A stretch of DNA of 63,726 nt, filler included, from Chiloscyllium plagiosum (lineage: Eukaryota): the NCBI RefSeq assembly GCF_004010195.1. It is 17 parts of 17 records of this genome, joined end to end, with 100 filler letters (N's around TTAATTAATTAA, not from the genome) between each part and the next. Parts side by side here need not be neighbours in the genome. Positions count along the whole stretch, not along the records: positions 22,061 to 29,152 come from NW_025207149.1; positions 29,253 to 32,636 come from NW_025190488.1; positions 32,737 to 34,109 come from NW_025151004.1; positions 34,210 to 40,051 come from NW_025198974.1; 13 more parts are not named here. The stretch is one strand, 5' to 3'. Below are positions 25,081 through 37,646 of this stretch, in pieces. The translations under genes were made by a program, and so were the position numbers. Each line of letters begins with the position of its first letter. The stretch's first letter is position 1. The notes beneath the pieces were generated by a model. It ran no database searches. It saw nothing but the letters and a program-made list of their open reading frames with translations, and was not told the origin of the DNA.

Positions 25081-25898
25081 TCTCTTGCAAGGTCTGGATT
25101 AAAATTCTCTGTATTAAACACATACTTTGTTCAAATATTCTCCTGGGGGTATTTTCAGAATTGTGCTCCCAACTGTTTTGACAAAATGAATATCCCAGCC
25201 TATGCGGAGGAAGTTAAAAACCTCTTTTCTCATTCCCCTATTTAATTTACATGTCTCTGAAATTTGCCCATGTATTTGCACTTCGTCATCTGGACCAATA
25301 GTAAGGTCTATCGTGCTCTCCCAGTAGTTATGTTTGCTGTGTTTTGGTTTTGAAGTACTGTCCATTTGCCTTTGTTCAAGGAGGTATCAATGATTTCATT
25401 TCTCTTTACAGCCTAAAATACTCTTGTCAGAATTGCGACAGAAGCAACATTCTGTCCCGCACACCCCCGCCCCCATCATTTTCCATCTTTCCCTGTCTCG
25501 CCTGAAGGCACCAAATCCTGGAATATTGAATAGCCACTCCTGCCCGGCTCTCAATATGTCTCCGTGATAGCAACTGCGTCATTTCCTCATTTATGCCGGT
25601 AATTAATCTGTCTTGTTCATCAGACTCTGTCATTAAAACGAATACCATCCAACGTTGCTATCTCCCTTCTGATTTAACTGGCCTATAGTTTCTAGACCTC
25701 TTTGACTCACTTGCAGTGTCCTATAATTTTAGCCTTTCACATTGTCCTGCTGATCTTTCTGTGTGGATCCCAGCTTCTCCAGCACTCTGCACAATTATGA
25801 TTCTTGTATCCATTAACCATAAGAAACCTTGATATTTGAGAACTTATTGTATTTGTTATGAAATTCATCAGATAATTTATGCGATGTGTTTCCTAAAG

Positions 25899-26207
25899 GT
25901 ACAGATTTCCAACCAACTCTTCTCCTAACTGTGAGCTCCAGTGAAGAAATCGCAAGCAGCAAGTTTGCAACCGTCGTCTGTTCAATCATTGAGTTCCATC
26001 CGAAGTCAATCTCCGTGAGTTGGTTGAAAAATGGCCGACCCTTGGATTCTGGCTTCTTCACGTCTCCCGTGTGTGAGGCGAACGGGAACTTCTCGGTGAC
26101 GAGTCGGCTAATGATCCCTTATGGTGAATGGTTCAACAGTGCGGTCTATACCGGCCAGGTCACCCATGGAGAGAACACTCAAAGTAAAAACATCACCGCA
26201 CTCCAGG
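25899..26207 (+). CDS. IGHM: IgM CH2 exon (cluster B) lacking the second canonical Cys
   Basis: 309 bp with splice sites intact; YTGQVTH (GGC at 26153-26155) replaces YTCQVTH. Confidence 0.9.
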
Positions 26208-28157
26208 GTAAGAGACACACACTGAGAGAGCTACAAATCATTCTGAACTCTGATGTGAATCAAACACACGAATTTATCAGGCGTAGTAAACAGCATAGTG
26301 CAGCTTCTCATTTCCCAACATGCCACGTGTCTCATTTCAGTTTGAGTGTTACATTAGCATTGCTCATAATGCAACCTTTTGGCAAGTCAGAAAAGCATGT
26401 TTCCACTCTGTTGAAGATAGATATATAGACAGTGAGCTTTGTTAAATAGTTTGTTGCCTGACCATGCTGGGAGAGGCATTCAGAGTGCTGAATCCTTGCC
26501 TGGTAGCCGCTTCAAGGGTAAGTTTGGGGTGGAGGGGGGATATTGGAGAGATATCTGATTGAAACATAGAAAATACTGAGAGACTGAGGTCGAGTGAATG
26601 TGGAATAGGTGTTTTGACTGGTAGGCGAGACTAGGACCCAAGGGCACAGTCTCAGGGTCAAAGGGGCACCGTTTAGAACTGAGATGGGGAGGTATTTCTT
26701 CAGCCAGAGGGTGATGAGTCTGTGGAACATGTTGCTGCAGAGGGCTGTGGAGGCCAGGACATTGTGTGTATTCAAGCCAGAGATAGATCGGCTCTTGTTT
26801 AGTACGGGGAGAAGACAGTATCCCAGTTTTGGCCCGAAACGTCGATTTTCCTGCTCGTCGGATGCTGCCTGACCTGCTGTGCTTTTCCAGCATCATTCTG
26901 ATTTAAACTCTGGATTGGCCGAACAGTCTTATTCTGATCCTCTTTCAAATTGATGTGGTTAAAATATGCAGTGACCCTTATTGAAAATAAATCAAAATGC
27001 GTTCAATGCTTCATTCCCTGCTCAGGAATGACCTGTTGGCCTTGGACACTGTACGACATCGATTTTTGTCTGGTACTGAGCTCTTTAACTTCATTTATGG
27101 GATCAGACCACAGACCAAGTGGCTATCACATTTGATGAACTGGGATAAACGTGATCTCATTGAGCTTCTTTAAGATGCTCTCTGTAATTAGTGGATGAGG
27201 CAGCAGAATAAAGTCTGGTAAGAATGCTACAATAGGGATGAATGAACTAGGAACTCGAGACAGGCTGAGCCTGGTTTGGGGTGGCGATGTTTACACAGTG
27301 AGTAGTGGATGTCTATAAAATTAGTGTACATTTGTAGATTAATTTAAGACGCTTTTGTTTGTTTTTTTTTTCTCCCCTGCTCTATGAAGAAACTAAAAAA
27401 TGCAGCTTGGTAAATAAAGTGAAAGTACAGACCAGTCATGAACTAACTGAATGGAGGGAAATACTTAAGGAGATGGGTGTCCTTCTCGATATCCAATGCT
27501 GTACTCAGTGTCTTGTTTTCAGATCTATTCCAAACACAGCCCACGAGGAACAATGACAAAAAATAGAGAATGACATCACACCAATAGCGCAAAGTATTTT
27601 TGATCACGTTAAATATAATGAAGAGAATTTCCATGGCTGTTCACCGCTCCTGTAACACTTTAGAACTCTGCAAAGAGAATAATTATTATTTATTATAATC
27701 TGTCCAAAATTTGGGATGTGATTTGGCAGTCAGTGTGACCAGCAGCCAGTGTGATCAGCAGCACTTGTACCTAAGGGTTATGAACATAGAAATTAATTCA
27801 TTATATTCAGATTACTCTTGTCACAAGTATCAATAGATGGTCTTAAGTGATAGGCAAACTCCGAAAGAAAGATAATTCCTGGGGTTACATGATGGTATCT
27901 TCGACTATTTTACTTTTTTCACAGGTTTCACTTGTTACAAAGCCAGTGTTCTTTATGAATAATTACACAGGGTATGTTATAGGTAATCACAAAAGTTTCA
28001 CAGATCAAAATACATCAACAATAGTAAGCATCGTTTCAGAATAGTTGGAGTTGCCATTTTTAAGGTGGTGTCTTCACCCTGTGAAGGAGTAATCTGAAGA
28101 TTGGCTGCTTGTATCAGAAAGGGGCATTTTTCATTGACTTTGATTTTTGTTTCATAG

Positions 28158-28466
28158 AAGATACCGAGTGCCACCCTAACACCGTTAAAATCCTCCCACC
28201 GCCAGTAGAACAAGTCTTACTGGAGGCAACGGTGACGTTAACCTGCGTTGTGTCCAATCTTCCTTCTGGAGTCAATGTGACCTGGAGACAAGAAAAGAAG
28301 CCTCTGAAATCAGAGATTGCTGAGCAGCCTGGACAGAATCCCGACAGTGTGATCAGCAAATTAGACATTTCTACTGAAGCCTGGCTGAGTGGCGTTACTT
28401 TTGAATGTGTGGTGTACCATCAGAATCTACCGACTCCGCTGAGAGACTCCATCCACAAGGAGAAAG
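28158..28466 (+). CDS. IGHM: IgM CH3 exon (cluster B)
   Basis: 309 bp, open, splice sites intact. Confidence 0.93.
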
Positions 28467-28921
28467 GTGAGCGGTGAGATTAAAGCACAAAGGATCCCAT
28501 GTGTAATCCAGAACCAGTAACATCAATGGCAGGCTTTGATTGGTAATGAACCAACACCGTTGGGGGCATTAATGATGCATCTGAAGGCAGGATAGCTAAG
28601 TAGCTGATTCAGAAAAAGATGGACCAAAGGATATTGTATTCTGATTAAGTCAGATAAGGGGGGAAGAAGCCTGCGTTGTGAAGTCACCATCAGCAATAAC
28701 AAATGGACAGAATGTCCTCGTTGTGGGTTGGAAACATGGAGGCAACTTTCACATTAAACTTTCCTTTTTTTACTGAACAGAATGTGTACCATACTGCTCC
28801 TTAAGAAAACGAAAGTGAATAAATCCCAAATTAAAACTGCCGTATTTTAATATTTCGTGAAATTGTGATATTGGTTCAGGATTTTTTTGGTTGATTTATA
28901 TTTGTCTCAAATATTCTGCAG

Positions 28922-29152
28922 TGATTAATCCGCTGGAGCCATCAGTGTCGGTCCTCCTGCCACCAACAGAAGAAATCTCCGCTCAGAGGTTTCTCTCCCT
29001 CACCTGTTTCGTGAGAGGTTTCTCCCCCCGAGAGATCTTCGTCAAGTGGACAAACAATGACAAGCCGGTGACCCCAGTAACTACAAGAACACCGAGGTGA
29101 TGGCGGAGAGCGACAACGCCTCCTTCTTCATCTACAGCCTGTTATCCATTAC
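28922..29152 (+). pseudogene. IGHM: IgM CH4 exon (cluster B), frameshifted and truncated by linker
   Basis: GTGACCCCAGT versus GTGAATCCCAGT in paralogs (1-nt loss near 29071), giving a stop at 29098-29100; CH4 text continues in the other frame. Confidence 0.85.
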
Positions 29153-30298
29153 NNNNNNNNNNNNNNNNNNNNNNNNNNNNNNNNNNNNNNNNNNNNTTAA
29201 TTAATTAANNNNNNNNNNNNNNNNNNNNNNNNNNNNNNNNNNNNNNNNNNNNTAACAATCAATTCCATCACTACCCAGTAATCCTCCCTTCTCCTTTAAC
29301 TTTCATTTCCTCATTTTCCATCCAACTGTTCCAGTTACTTTCTCTTTGAATGATATTCAGGCTGATATTTATCCCTGAACAAACATTTCTCAAAATGTTC
29401 TTTGGTTCATTGTTACTTGTGGGATCTTGCTGTGTACAATCTGGCTTGCATATTTCCTTCATTACAACAGTGACCTCATTTCAAACAAGTCCCACACTGT
29501 CTGCAAATGTGTTGGGGACAGCATGGATCTTTCTTTTCTTTGGATGAACTGGGAATCTTTCAGATGTGAAAAATGCCGTTCCAATGTTGCACAGTCCTCC
29601 TCCTGAACTACAGTTTCTGCTTTGTCCCTCTCTTTTGTGAAAACTGACCAGAAGTTTTCATGAGGAACCATTGCTCCATCTTCCACCACCGCACACAAGT
29701 TCCCTTCCTGCTCTCGAATGGGCATCATACATTCCTTCATTCTCTTGTTCTTTTTGTGACAATAAAACATCATTGGGATTTCCCAGACTTCATTTGGACA
29801 CATCTCATCCTGTCAGCTCGTTGCTTTCCTCAGGTCCTGGTAAATTTCACCCCTGCATTTTGTCTTTCAGCCACTTTTACCCAATCCCTGCCCTGTTTAG
29901 TAAAATGGTTTTGTTCCCAAATGAAAACTTTCACACTTGCTCCGTGGTTCTCCATTTCCATCCTTATTCTCATTCTCACTGAGTTCTGATCACTGTCACT
30001 GAAATGTTCCCCCATTGAGAGCCCTTCCAGCTGCCCACATTCATTCCATAAATGATGGTCCAAGACTGTCCCTTCTTTTTTACCATCACCCTCTCAGGGG
30101 CAATTAGGGATGGGCAATAAATGCTCGCCCTGCCAGTGAAACTCACATCCCAAGAAGCAATTTTAAAAGGCCCTGTCCTTTTATGGGGTCTGTTAGGTAT
30201 TGAATACAAATGTTCAAATGGATTGTTTTGCCAGTGAATGTTCAGAGTTGAAATCCCTTTGAATGGCCGGGATTAAAATTGTTTGTCTTGTCTTTCAG

Positions 30299-30585
30299 GC
30301 CGTGAGAACGCTCAGCCCAAGCTGACCCTGCTGCCCCCCTCCCCGGAGCAGGTCAATGCCAAGGGCACTGCCACCCTGGTGTGCCTTGCCAATCACTTCT
30401 ATCCCGATGAGCTGGAGGTGCAGTGGAAGAAGGACGGTGCAGTCATTTCGGACGGGGTTCAGACCAGCAACTACCTGCGAGCTTCGGACAGCACCTACAG
30501 TGTCAGCAGCCTGCTGACCCTCTCTGGGTCTGACTGGGAGTCCAACGCTCGCTTCTCCTGTGCCCTCACCCACGTGACCCTCACC
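30299..30585 (+). CDS. IGKC: Ig kappa constant exon, open up to the gap
   Basis: RENAQPKLTLLPPSPEQVNAKGTATLVCLANHFYPDELEVQW...YSVSSLLTL...FSCALTHVTL; downstream AATAAA at 31234-31239. Confidence 0.92.
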
Positions 30586-33500
30586 NNNNNNNNNNNNNNN
30601 NNNNNNNNNNNNNNNNNNNNNNNNNNNNNNNNNNNNNNNNNNNNNNNNNNNNNNNNNNNNNNNNNNNNNNNNNNNNNNNNNNNNNNNNNNNNNNNNNNNN
30701 NNNNNNNNNNNNNNNNNNNNNNNNNNNNNNNNNNNNNNNNNNNNNNNNNNNNNNNNNNNNNNNNNNNNNNNNNNNNNNNNNNNNNNNNNNNNNNNNNNNN
30801 NNNNNNNNNNNNNNNNNNNNNNNNNNNNNNNNNNNNNNNNNNNNNNNNNNNNNNNNNNNNNNNNNNNNNNNNNNNNNNNNNNNNNNNNNNNNNNNNNNNN
30901 NNNNNNNNNNNNNNNNNNNNNNNNNNNNNNNNNNNNNNNNNNNNNNNNNNNNNNNNNNNNNNNNNNNNNNNNNNNNNNNNNNNNNNNNNNNNNNNNNNNN
31001 NNNNNNNNNNNNNNNNNNNNNNNNNNNNNNNNNNNNCAGATCTCCTTCCTGCTCAGCCGCCAGTTCGAATTTAAGCTTCTGTCACTACTTAACTGTGCCA
31101 CCCACTTATGTCATTGAGAAAATCTCCACAAGTGTTTTCCTCAAGCTCCATTCTGGCTGTGAATTTGTGCAGCTTCCTCTGTCTGGGCTGTTAATTGCAG
31201 TCTGTTTTCTGTCAATGTCAATCTGGAAAAAGGAATAAAGATGAAGAAGATTCAGTCTCTGTCTCATGTGTGCTTTGGGAATGGCTAGAGTTGAAACCTC
31301 AGGGAAAGGCGTGTGAAGTATTAACCTCCACCTTCAAGGCCTGGACCAAGAGGGGAGAATCAAGGGGGTAATGAAGTCCCTGGAGCAGGAGGGCAATTCT
31401 ACAACTGTGTCCAGAAGGGGTTCTTTCAGAAGGAATGCAGGGCCCCAAGGAATTATTTCCCAATAAATGGAGAAAAGAAGGAAGGCAGGAAAGGACACTG
31501 GGGAACACAATAATCTGATGGAAATTCCCTCACCCATCCCTGAGGCACAGCAAGATCCCAGGCCAAGAAATTCAACTCAGCTGTTTGTGAGCCAGTGCCA
31601 TTGGGAACCCTGTATTCATGAATATGACCAGCAGGCTCTTGTTACTCAGAATAACAATTCTACAGGGTTTGAGAAATAAATATTCCATAAATTAGACCTG
31701 GGTTTTCTTTCCTCTTGAAATGGGACGGAATTGCCCCGTGTGTCCATGGGGTCAGATTGAGAATGTTCAGTCCGGGGGCATCTGGGACTCACGGCTGGGG
31801 AGGACCATCAATGATAAATCTTCTGCTGTCATATTCTGTAGCCCCTGGGCCATCTCAGTGAGGATCATCCAGGGCTCAGGGTGGATTCCAGAGCAGCTCA
31901 TTGTCCTGATTGTTGTGTTCCCCAGTCCACATGTGGCTCCAGCAATCTCACTCCATGGCTCTAGTATCAGTGGGAACCCATGGGACTGAAATCTTATCGA
32001 AACAGACCCTCACACAGCAGGGAGGCTGCTGGTGGCTCAGAAACCCTTTGGATTCAGTCCCAGATTCCACCGTGGCTCTTTCATTCAAACACAGCCTTAG
32101 CACACTGACACCACATTCAGAGGGCAATCCTGAGATGGGGCATGTTTGATTCTTGATTCCAATGTGAGGAAATGGGGGCTTGGTGTGAAACGTCTAGTCT
32201 GAAACTGGTATTTTATAATGAAGAATAGAAACTGTTGTTAGAATAAAATCAGGTGTTGATGGGAGTGAGGAATATCTCCGTGATCTGTCTCCAGAATCCA
32301 CAGATGGTACACATCCTTCTGTCAGACCCTGAAGGCTGAAATCAGTTCCTCGACATCATATATTTCTCTATCTTTCCCAGAAAAGGTGAAGTATTCTCTA
32401 CCTCTCTGGGACAGGACATTTTAAAAAGGGCTGTGGGAAGGGAACAGTTGACTCTGAATGACAAAGCCAATGGAAGGATGTGGAGCTGGCTCTGTGAAAT
32501 GTTTGAGCACAGAGGATGACACCAGAAGCAATTCAATGTTGTTGCCCTCTCCCTTGAAATTGCTAAACTGGTAACAATTACTTTTTGCTCACAATTTGCC
32601 CCTTTGTATTCGATCCACGTGCCTTTCTTCCTTTGCNNNNNNNNNNNNNNNNNNNNNNNNNNNNNNNNNNNNNNNNNNNNTTAATTAATTAANNNNNNNN
32701 NNNNNNNNNNNNNNNNNNNNNNNNNNNNNNNNNNNNAATTCCCCTCTCCATAGTTACAATGTGTTCCCTTCTACTGAGTCTAGCTTGAGCCGAGCCTGTG
32801 GTTTCATTGTTTTTCCCTTCATCCGTCCTGCATAACAATACCACATTGGCAGTTTTGCCATATACCCTGTGGCCAGGAATTATAAATTATTACCAGCGAC
32901 CCACTATTTCATCCTTTCCCTGGCATACATTTTATCTGCCCTGGAAATATAACTATTTTTCATCTAGCAAGGCAGCTCATCACATCATCTATCCTCATTC
33001 CTCCATATACCCTGTGGCCAGGAATTATAAATTATTACCAGCGACCCGCTATTTCATCCTTTCCCTGGCATACGTTTTATCTGCCCTGGAAATATAACTA
33101 TTTTTCATCCAGCAAGACAGCACATCACATCATCTATCCTAAATCCTGAACAAAACATCACAACACTTCTCCATGTTTTCGATACCCACATATTCCCTCA
33201 CACTGGCGAACATCAACAATCTTTACCCCGCTTCTACATCATTTCCTGCCTCGCTTGAAGGCATTATATTTGGAATATTGAACTGCCACTCCTGCCCCTC
33301 TCTCAACATGTCTCCATGATATCAACACTTCCTCCTTTATGCCGTTAACTCACCGGCCTTGTTTATCATGCTCCTATCATTGAAATGAATGCTATCCAAC
33401 ATTACTATCTCACCCTCTGATTTAACTGGCCTATCATTTCTGTGTCTTCTTGACTTCCTTGATGTGTCCTGTAATTTTAGCATTACATTGTCATTATCAC

Positions 33501-33826
33501 ATCGTCCTGCTCATTGTACAGTGTTGATCTCAGCTTCTATAACACTCTGCATAATTATGATACTTGTAATAATAAGGTTAGTATCTGTTAGCCAAAAAAA
33601 ACTTTGTTATAATAGAACTGAATGTATTTGTTATCAAATTTGTCAGATAATTTATGCAATGTTTTTCATAAAGGTCCATTTCTCCCGCCAACTCTTCTTG
33701 CATAATTATGATACTTGTAATAATTAGGTTAGTATCTATTAGCCATAAAAAACTTTGTTATAATAGAACTGAATGTATTTTTTTTATCAAATTTGTCAGA
33801 TAATTTATGCAATGTTTTTCATAAAG

Positions 33827-34109
33827 GTCCATTTCTCCCGCCAACTATTCTTCTCACCGTGAGTCCCAGTGAAGAAATCGCAAGCAGCAAGTTTGCAACC
33901 ATCATCTGTTCAATCATTGATTTCCATCCGAAGGAAATCTCCGTGACATTGTTGAAAAATGTCCAATCCGTGGATTCTGTTGTCTTCACGTCTCCTGTGT
34001 GTGAGGCGGATGGGAACTTTTCGGTGATGAGTCGGCTGACAGTCCCTTATGGTGAATGGTTCAACAGCGCAGTCCATACCTGCCAGGTCACTCATGGAGA
34101 GAACACTCA
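33827..34109 (+). CDS. IGHM: IgM CH2 exon (divergent cluster C), probably defective
   Basis: [18 protein letters not shown]...[20 protein letters not shown] (core Trp>Leu)...AVHTCQVTH (Tyr>His); cut by linker. Confidence 0.85.
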
Positions 34110-34445
34110 NNNNNNNNNNNNNNNNNNNNNNNNNNNNNNNNNNNNNNNNNNNNTTAATTAATTAANNNNNNNNNNNNNNNNNNNNNNNNNNNNNNNNNNN
34201 NNNNNNNNNACATCACTGGAACAGTGAAATAGTTTGGGACATCTCAAAACACACAAAACAAATTATTTATATGCAATATATTGAACTAAAAGTATTAGTT
34301 CATATTAATAGTAGATTATTAATCATTAAAGTTTTCTGTTCGAAAACTTTATCAGTGATATCAGTCTGAATGCGGGTATCACTTCAGAGCCGCCCCTGAT
34401 CTCAATGTTTCCTTGACATGCTATCATGTTCAATTGCTCTCTGAC

Positions 34446-34484
34446 AGTTTTTGTCCGGGGTCAGCCCAGTTCCGGGTCTCTGTG
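34446..34484 (-). other. 23-bp-spacer RSS
   Basis: CACAGAG-23-ACAAAAACT. Confidence 0.9.
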
Positions 34485-34791
34485 GGGTTCAGTGCGCAGT
34501 AATACACTGCAGAGTCTGGAAGTTCTGTTTTCAACATGTTCAGCTGGATAGTGCGGTTCACATGATCCAACGTCGAGGAAAAACGGTCTCCTGGAAGTCT
34601 GTCTGTGGTGCTGATATATTGGTTTCTCTTTAGGAGATATTCCATGGAGCCGCTGGAATGCTGCCGGTACCAGAAGAGGTAAGGATCACTGGTTCTTTTA
34701 GCAGTGTAATTACAGAATAACAGGACATCATCCCCCTCATTCACTGCGATTGCGGCGGGTCTTTGTGAGACAGGATCTGCATAACAGCGCC
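34485..34791 (-). CDS. TCR alpha/delta-type V exon (family 1); candidate leader at 34856-34925 or 34856-34948
   Basis: TTACAG| RCYADPVSQRP...LLFCNYT...YLFWYRQH...DRFSS...DSAVYYCALNP; open frame. Confidence 0.87.
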
Positions 34792-36702
34792 CTGTAAGAG
34801 AGTAAATTTTAAAAGTTGATTCATGATTCTTATTGCCCAAATGCAGCCCGTTCACCTTGATCAGTAAACAGAGAAAGAAGAGGCAGGGAAGCTGGAAAAG
34901 AATCCAACTCGTACAACTCAGCCATTGGGACCAACAAGATTTTGACATATGAAATAAAAAGGTTTTTTAAAAAAGAAACACAGGCCACGCGTTTAACGAG
35001 ATGATTTCCCATTTCCCTTCCAAGGGGACACCTGGAAACAGTCGGTTAGTTTAAAAGTCCGGCCTTTGTCCCGTCATTTCAGGTCGCTTCAGTCCTGTGT
35101 GGATTCCCAGCCTAACTCTTCCACTGTCATTTTGCAAGTACAGTCGCTAATTTCTTCCAATCTTTGCTGAGTTGGGACACGTTTAGACCCAGATTATTTT
35201 CATCTGTGGAAAATGTGTTCCTGCCTCTGTGATGCCAGGACACCGCAAATCAATGTGTACCCCGGCAAACAGCTGACGCATAATGTTCCACAAGCTGTGG
35301 ACCTACCGGTTAGAAGAGCTGCAACCGTGAGTAATGAGCAGAGAGTTCGAGACGGCATGTTTGCTGAGATATCACGTTGAACATGAGCAGAACTGGACGA
35401 AATTAAAATTGTTTTCGTGAAGAGTTGGGAACAATTGAGTAATTTCCGGATCTCTGCTCATTGGTTCATTACTGGCAAAGACATCAGGTGACAGCCAGGG
35501 AACTTGGAGCTGTTTCATTCTTCAATTGGACCACTTTTAAGCTCGTGGGATCCTCAATTCATGCCATGACTATGAACAAGATTCTGAAAAACGGTTATTG
35601 ATATGGCACTGAAATGTTGATTTTGTTTTTTTTTTCTTCACGGGTACTACCAGGCTGGCTGAGTTTCTCCAGGTAATTTCACTTTTCTTTCAGGTATCTA
35701 GTAAATGCAGTTCTTTGTTATTTGTTTGAACAACAAAGTCAATTTATTCACCTGACAACACGGCGATGGACAAGAGTTTAAACCAAATGTTGTCCCAAAA
35801 CGGTCATTATTTCTGCAGGCAACGCGAGAAAAGTAAAGTTGTTCATGTTGTTTGACAATCGGAACTGGTATTCACCAGTTGATCTCTAACGATGATAGTT
35901 TCCTGCAACTGATATGAGAGGCCAGTGGGTCAGAGAGATTTGGAATAAAATAACTAGATAAATAAATAATTGAAAAAACTTCAGCGTATGTCATGGCAGA
36001 ATCAAATGCTGTTTTCTTGGCATTTTGGTGGCAAACTCCATTGGCTGCAATGGTAATTCAGTGGTTAGCAAGGCCTGTCACACTGCACCTGGGTCACATC
36101 TTCTATTCCAATTTCGGGTGAACAATTTTTGGAGAGTACACATTCTTGCTGTGCTCCGGGTATTTGCACACAGTTCAATGATGTGCAAGCTATGTGGATG
36201 AACCGTGGGAAATGCTTGGTTAATGGAATGGGACAGGATAGGGTGCATGCTTTTCCGTGGGTGTGGTTGGTTTCCATAAGCTGCATGACCTGCTTTCATA
36301 CTGTAGAGCTTATATATTGTCAAAAGCTGATTGCGTTTAACTTTACCTTTAGTCATCGCAAATGAAACTTATGTTTCTATGTCAGATGCAGTGTGTCCAA
36401 ACGCTTGCTCGCCGTCATATTGTCAGGCATTATTAGATGTAAATATCACCATTACCACGAGCACCCATACAAGGACAACTGATCCATTTTCGAAAATGTT
36501 GCGGTACAAACTTCTTCATGTGAATGGGAATGGTGAAAGACCAGAGATACAAATTAACACACCACCTAAATCCTGACTAAAGTGAACGTACAACTGACAA
36601 GCTTACAGATGACACAAAAGTAAGTGGGACGATAAGTGGTGACGGTGACTCAACGAACCCATAATTCGACAAAGACGTAGATGATAACAGTGAGTGTGAG
36701 TA

Positions 36703-36719
36703 TAGCACCCTCTGGTGGA
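36703..36719 (-). promoter_or_regulatory. Candidate CTCF site
   Basis: TCCACCAGAGGGTGCTA on the minus strand, with an upstream TGCAAAT motif. Confidence 0.55.
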
Positions 36720-37184
36720 TCGGTATGAAATTTGCAATGCCTTAAAATGAACAATTTCTGGAAGGGCAATAACAGATGATGAATTTTCAGGGCCTGTTCT
36801 CGAGATGATTGGATTGCATAACCATTGATGTCGAAGGATGGGCAATCATAATGCCTTCACGTTTCACTGAATTATGATTTAAACTGTTATTTACATGCAG
36901 CATCATATGCTCATTGTTTTGCACTTTCTTGCCATTCTCCTTCAATACTTTCTCACGATAATGGCGGAGGTGAAACTGTAATCAATTGGTATGTTTTAAA
37001 AAAACAACCTTTGATATCATTTCGAGGAAGGATATTGCCAGTGTTCCCTGGTGCACATTTGTCTCCAGACCTGACAAAGTGGCTGATGCTTAACCGACCT
37101 CCGAATATATTTTGTAATGCACAAAATTCAAGGGGAAATTAAGGAAGGGAAAATATTGCCTTTACCAGTGACAAATTCTGGAGA

Positions 37185-37295
37185 TTTCTGGGATATTGCT
37201 TTTCCTCTGAGTTTGATCACGTGAACCGCTCGTTCCAGGTGAAACCATTGAAAACAGAACTCACACACTCTGCAACATATTGTTCTTCTCAGAGA
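37185..37295 (+). pseudogene. Relic of a family-1 TCR V (3' part)
   Basis: FSSEFDHVNRSFQVKPLKTELTHSATYCS aligns to FSSTLDHVNRTIQLNMLKTELPDSAVYYC of the V at 34485; no intact RSS. Confidence 0.7.
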
Positions 37296-37629
37296 CGCAG
37301 AATTGAAATGGTTCACAATTCGATCTTACATCTTCAATCAAAACTTTAGTATTTATAAATATATTCTTGAAATGAATTGATGCTGCCAGTTTAGGGAATG
37401 AAAAATAAAGAACGTATTTCAGGCCTTTTGAAATGTCTCGAATGCTTTCGCCGTTAAACCAATGGGACGCTGTAGAAAATCCAAGAACCAGTTTTGTTAC
37501 AGTAAACTCTTACTGTGAGGCAAGTAACTGCAGCACTCATTCGAGCAACATCGAAATGTCACATGATTCTAATAATGAAACACTGGAAGAACCAGAATCA
37601 TGTCAAACACAAAACAGTGGCATGGGGAA

Positions 37630-37646
37630 GCCACTAGAGGGTGTCA
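37630..37646 (+). promoter_or_regulatory. Candidate CTCF site
   Basis: GCCACTAGAGGGTGTCA. Confidence 0.5.

Noticed and set aside
1907-29152. Large inverted repeat or head-to-head IgM clusters
   Set aside because: Clusters A and B are on different contigs, so their relative orientation is arbitrary.
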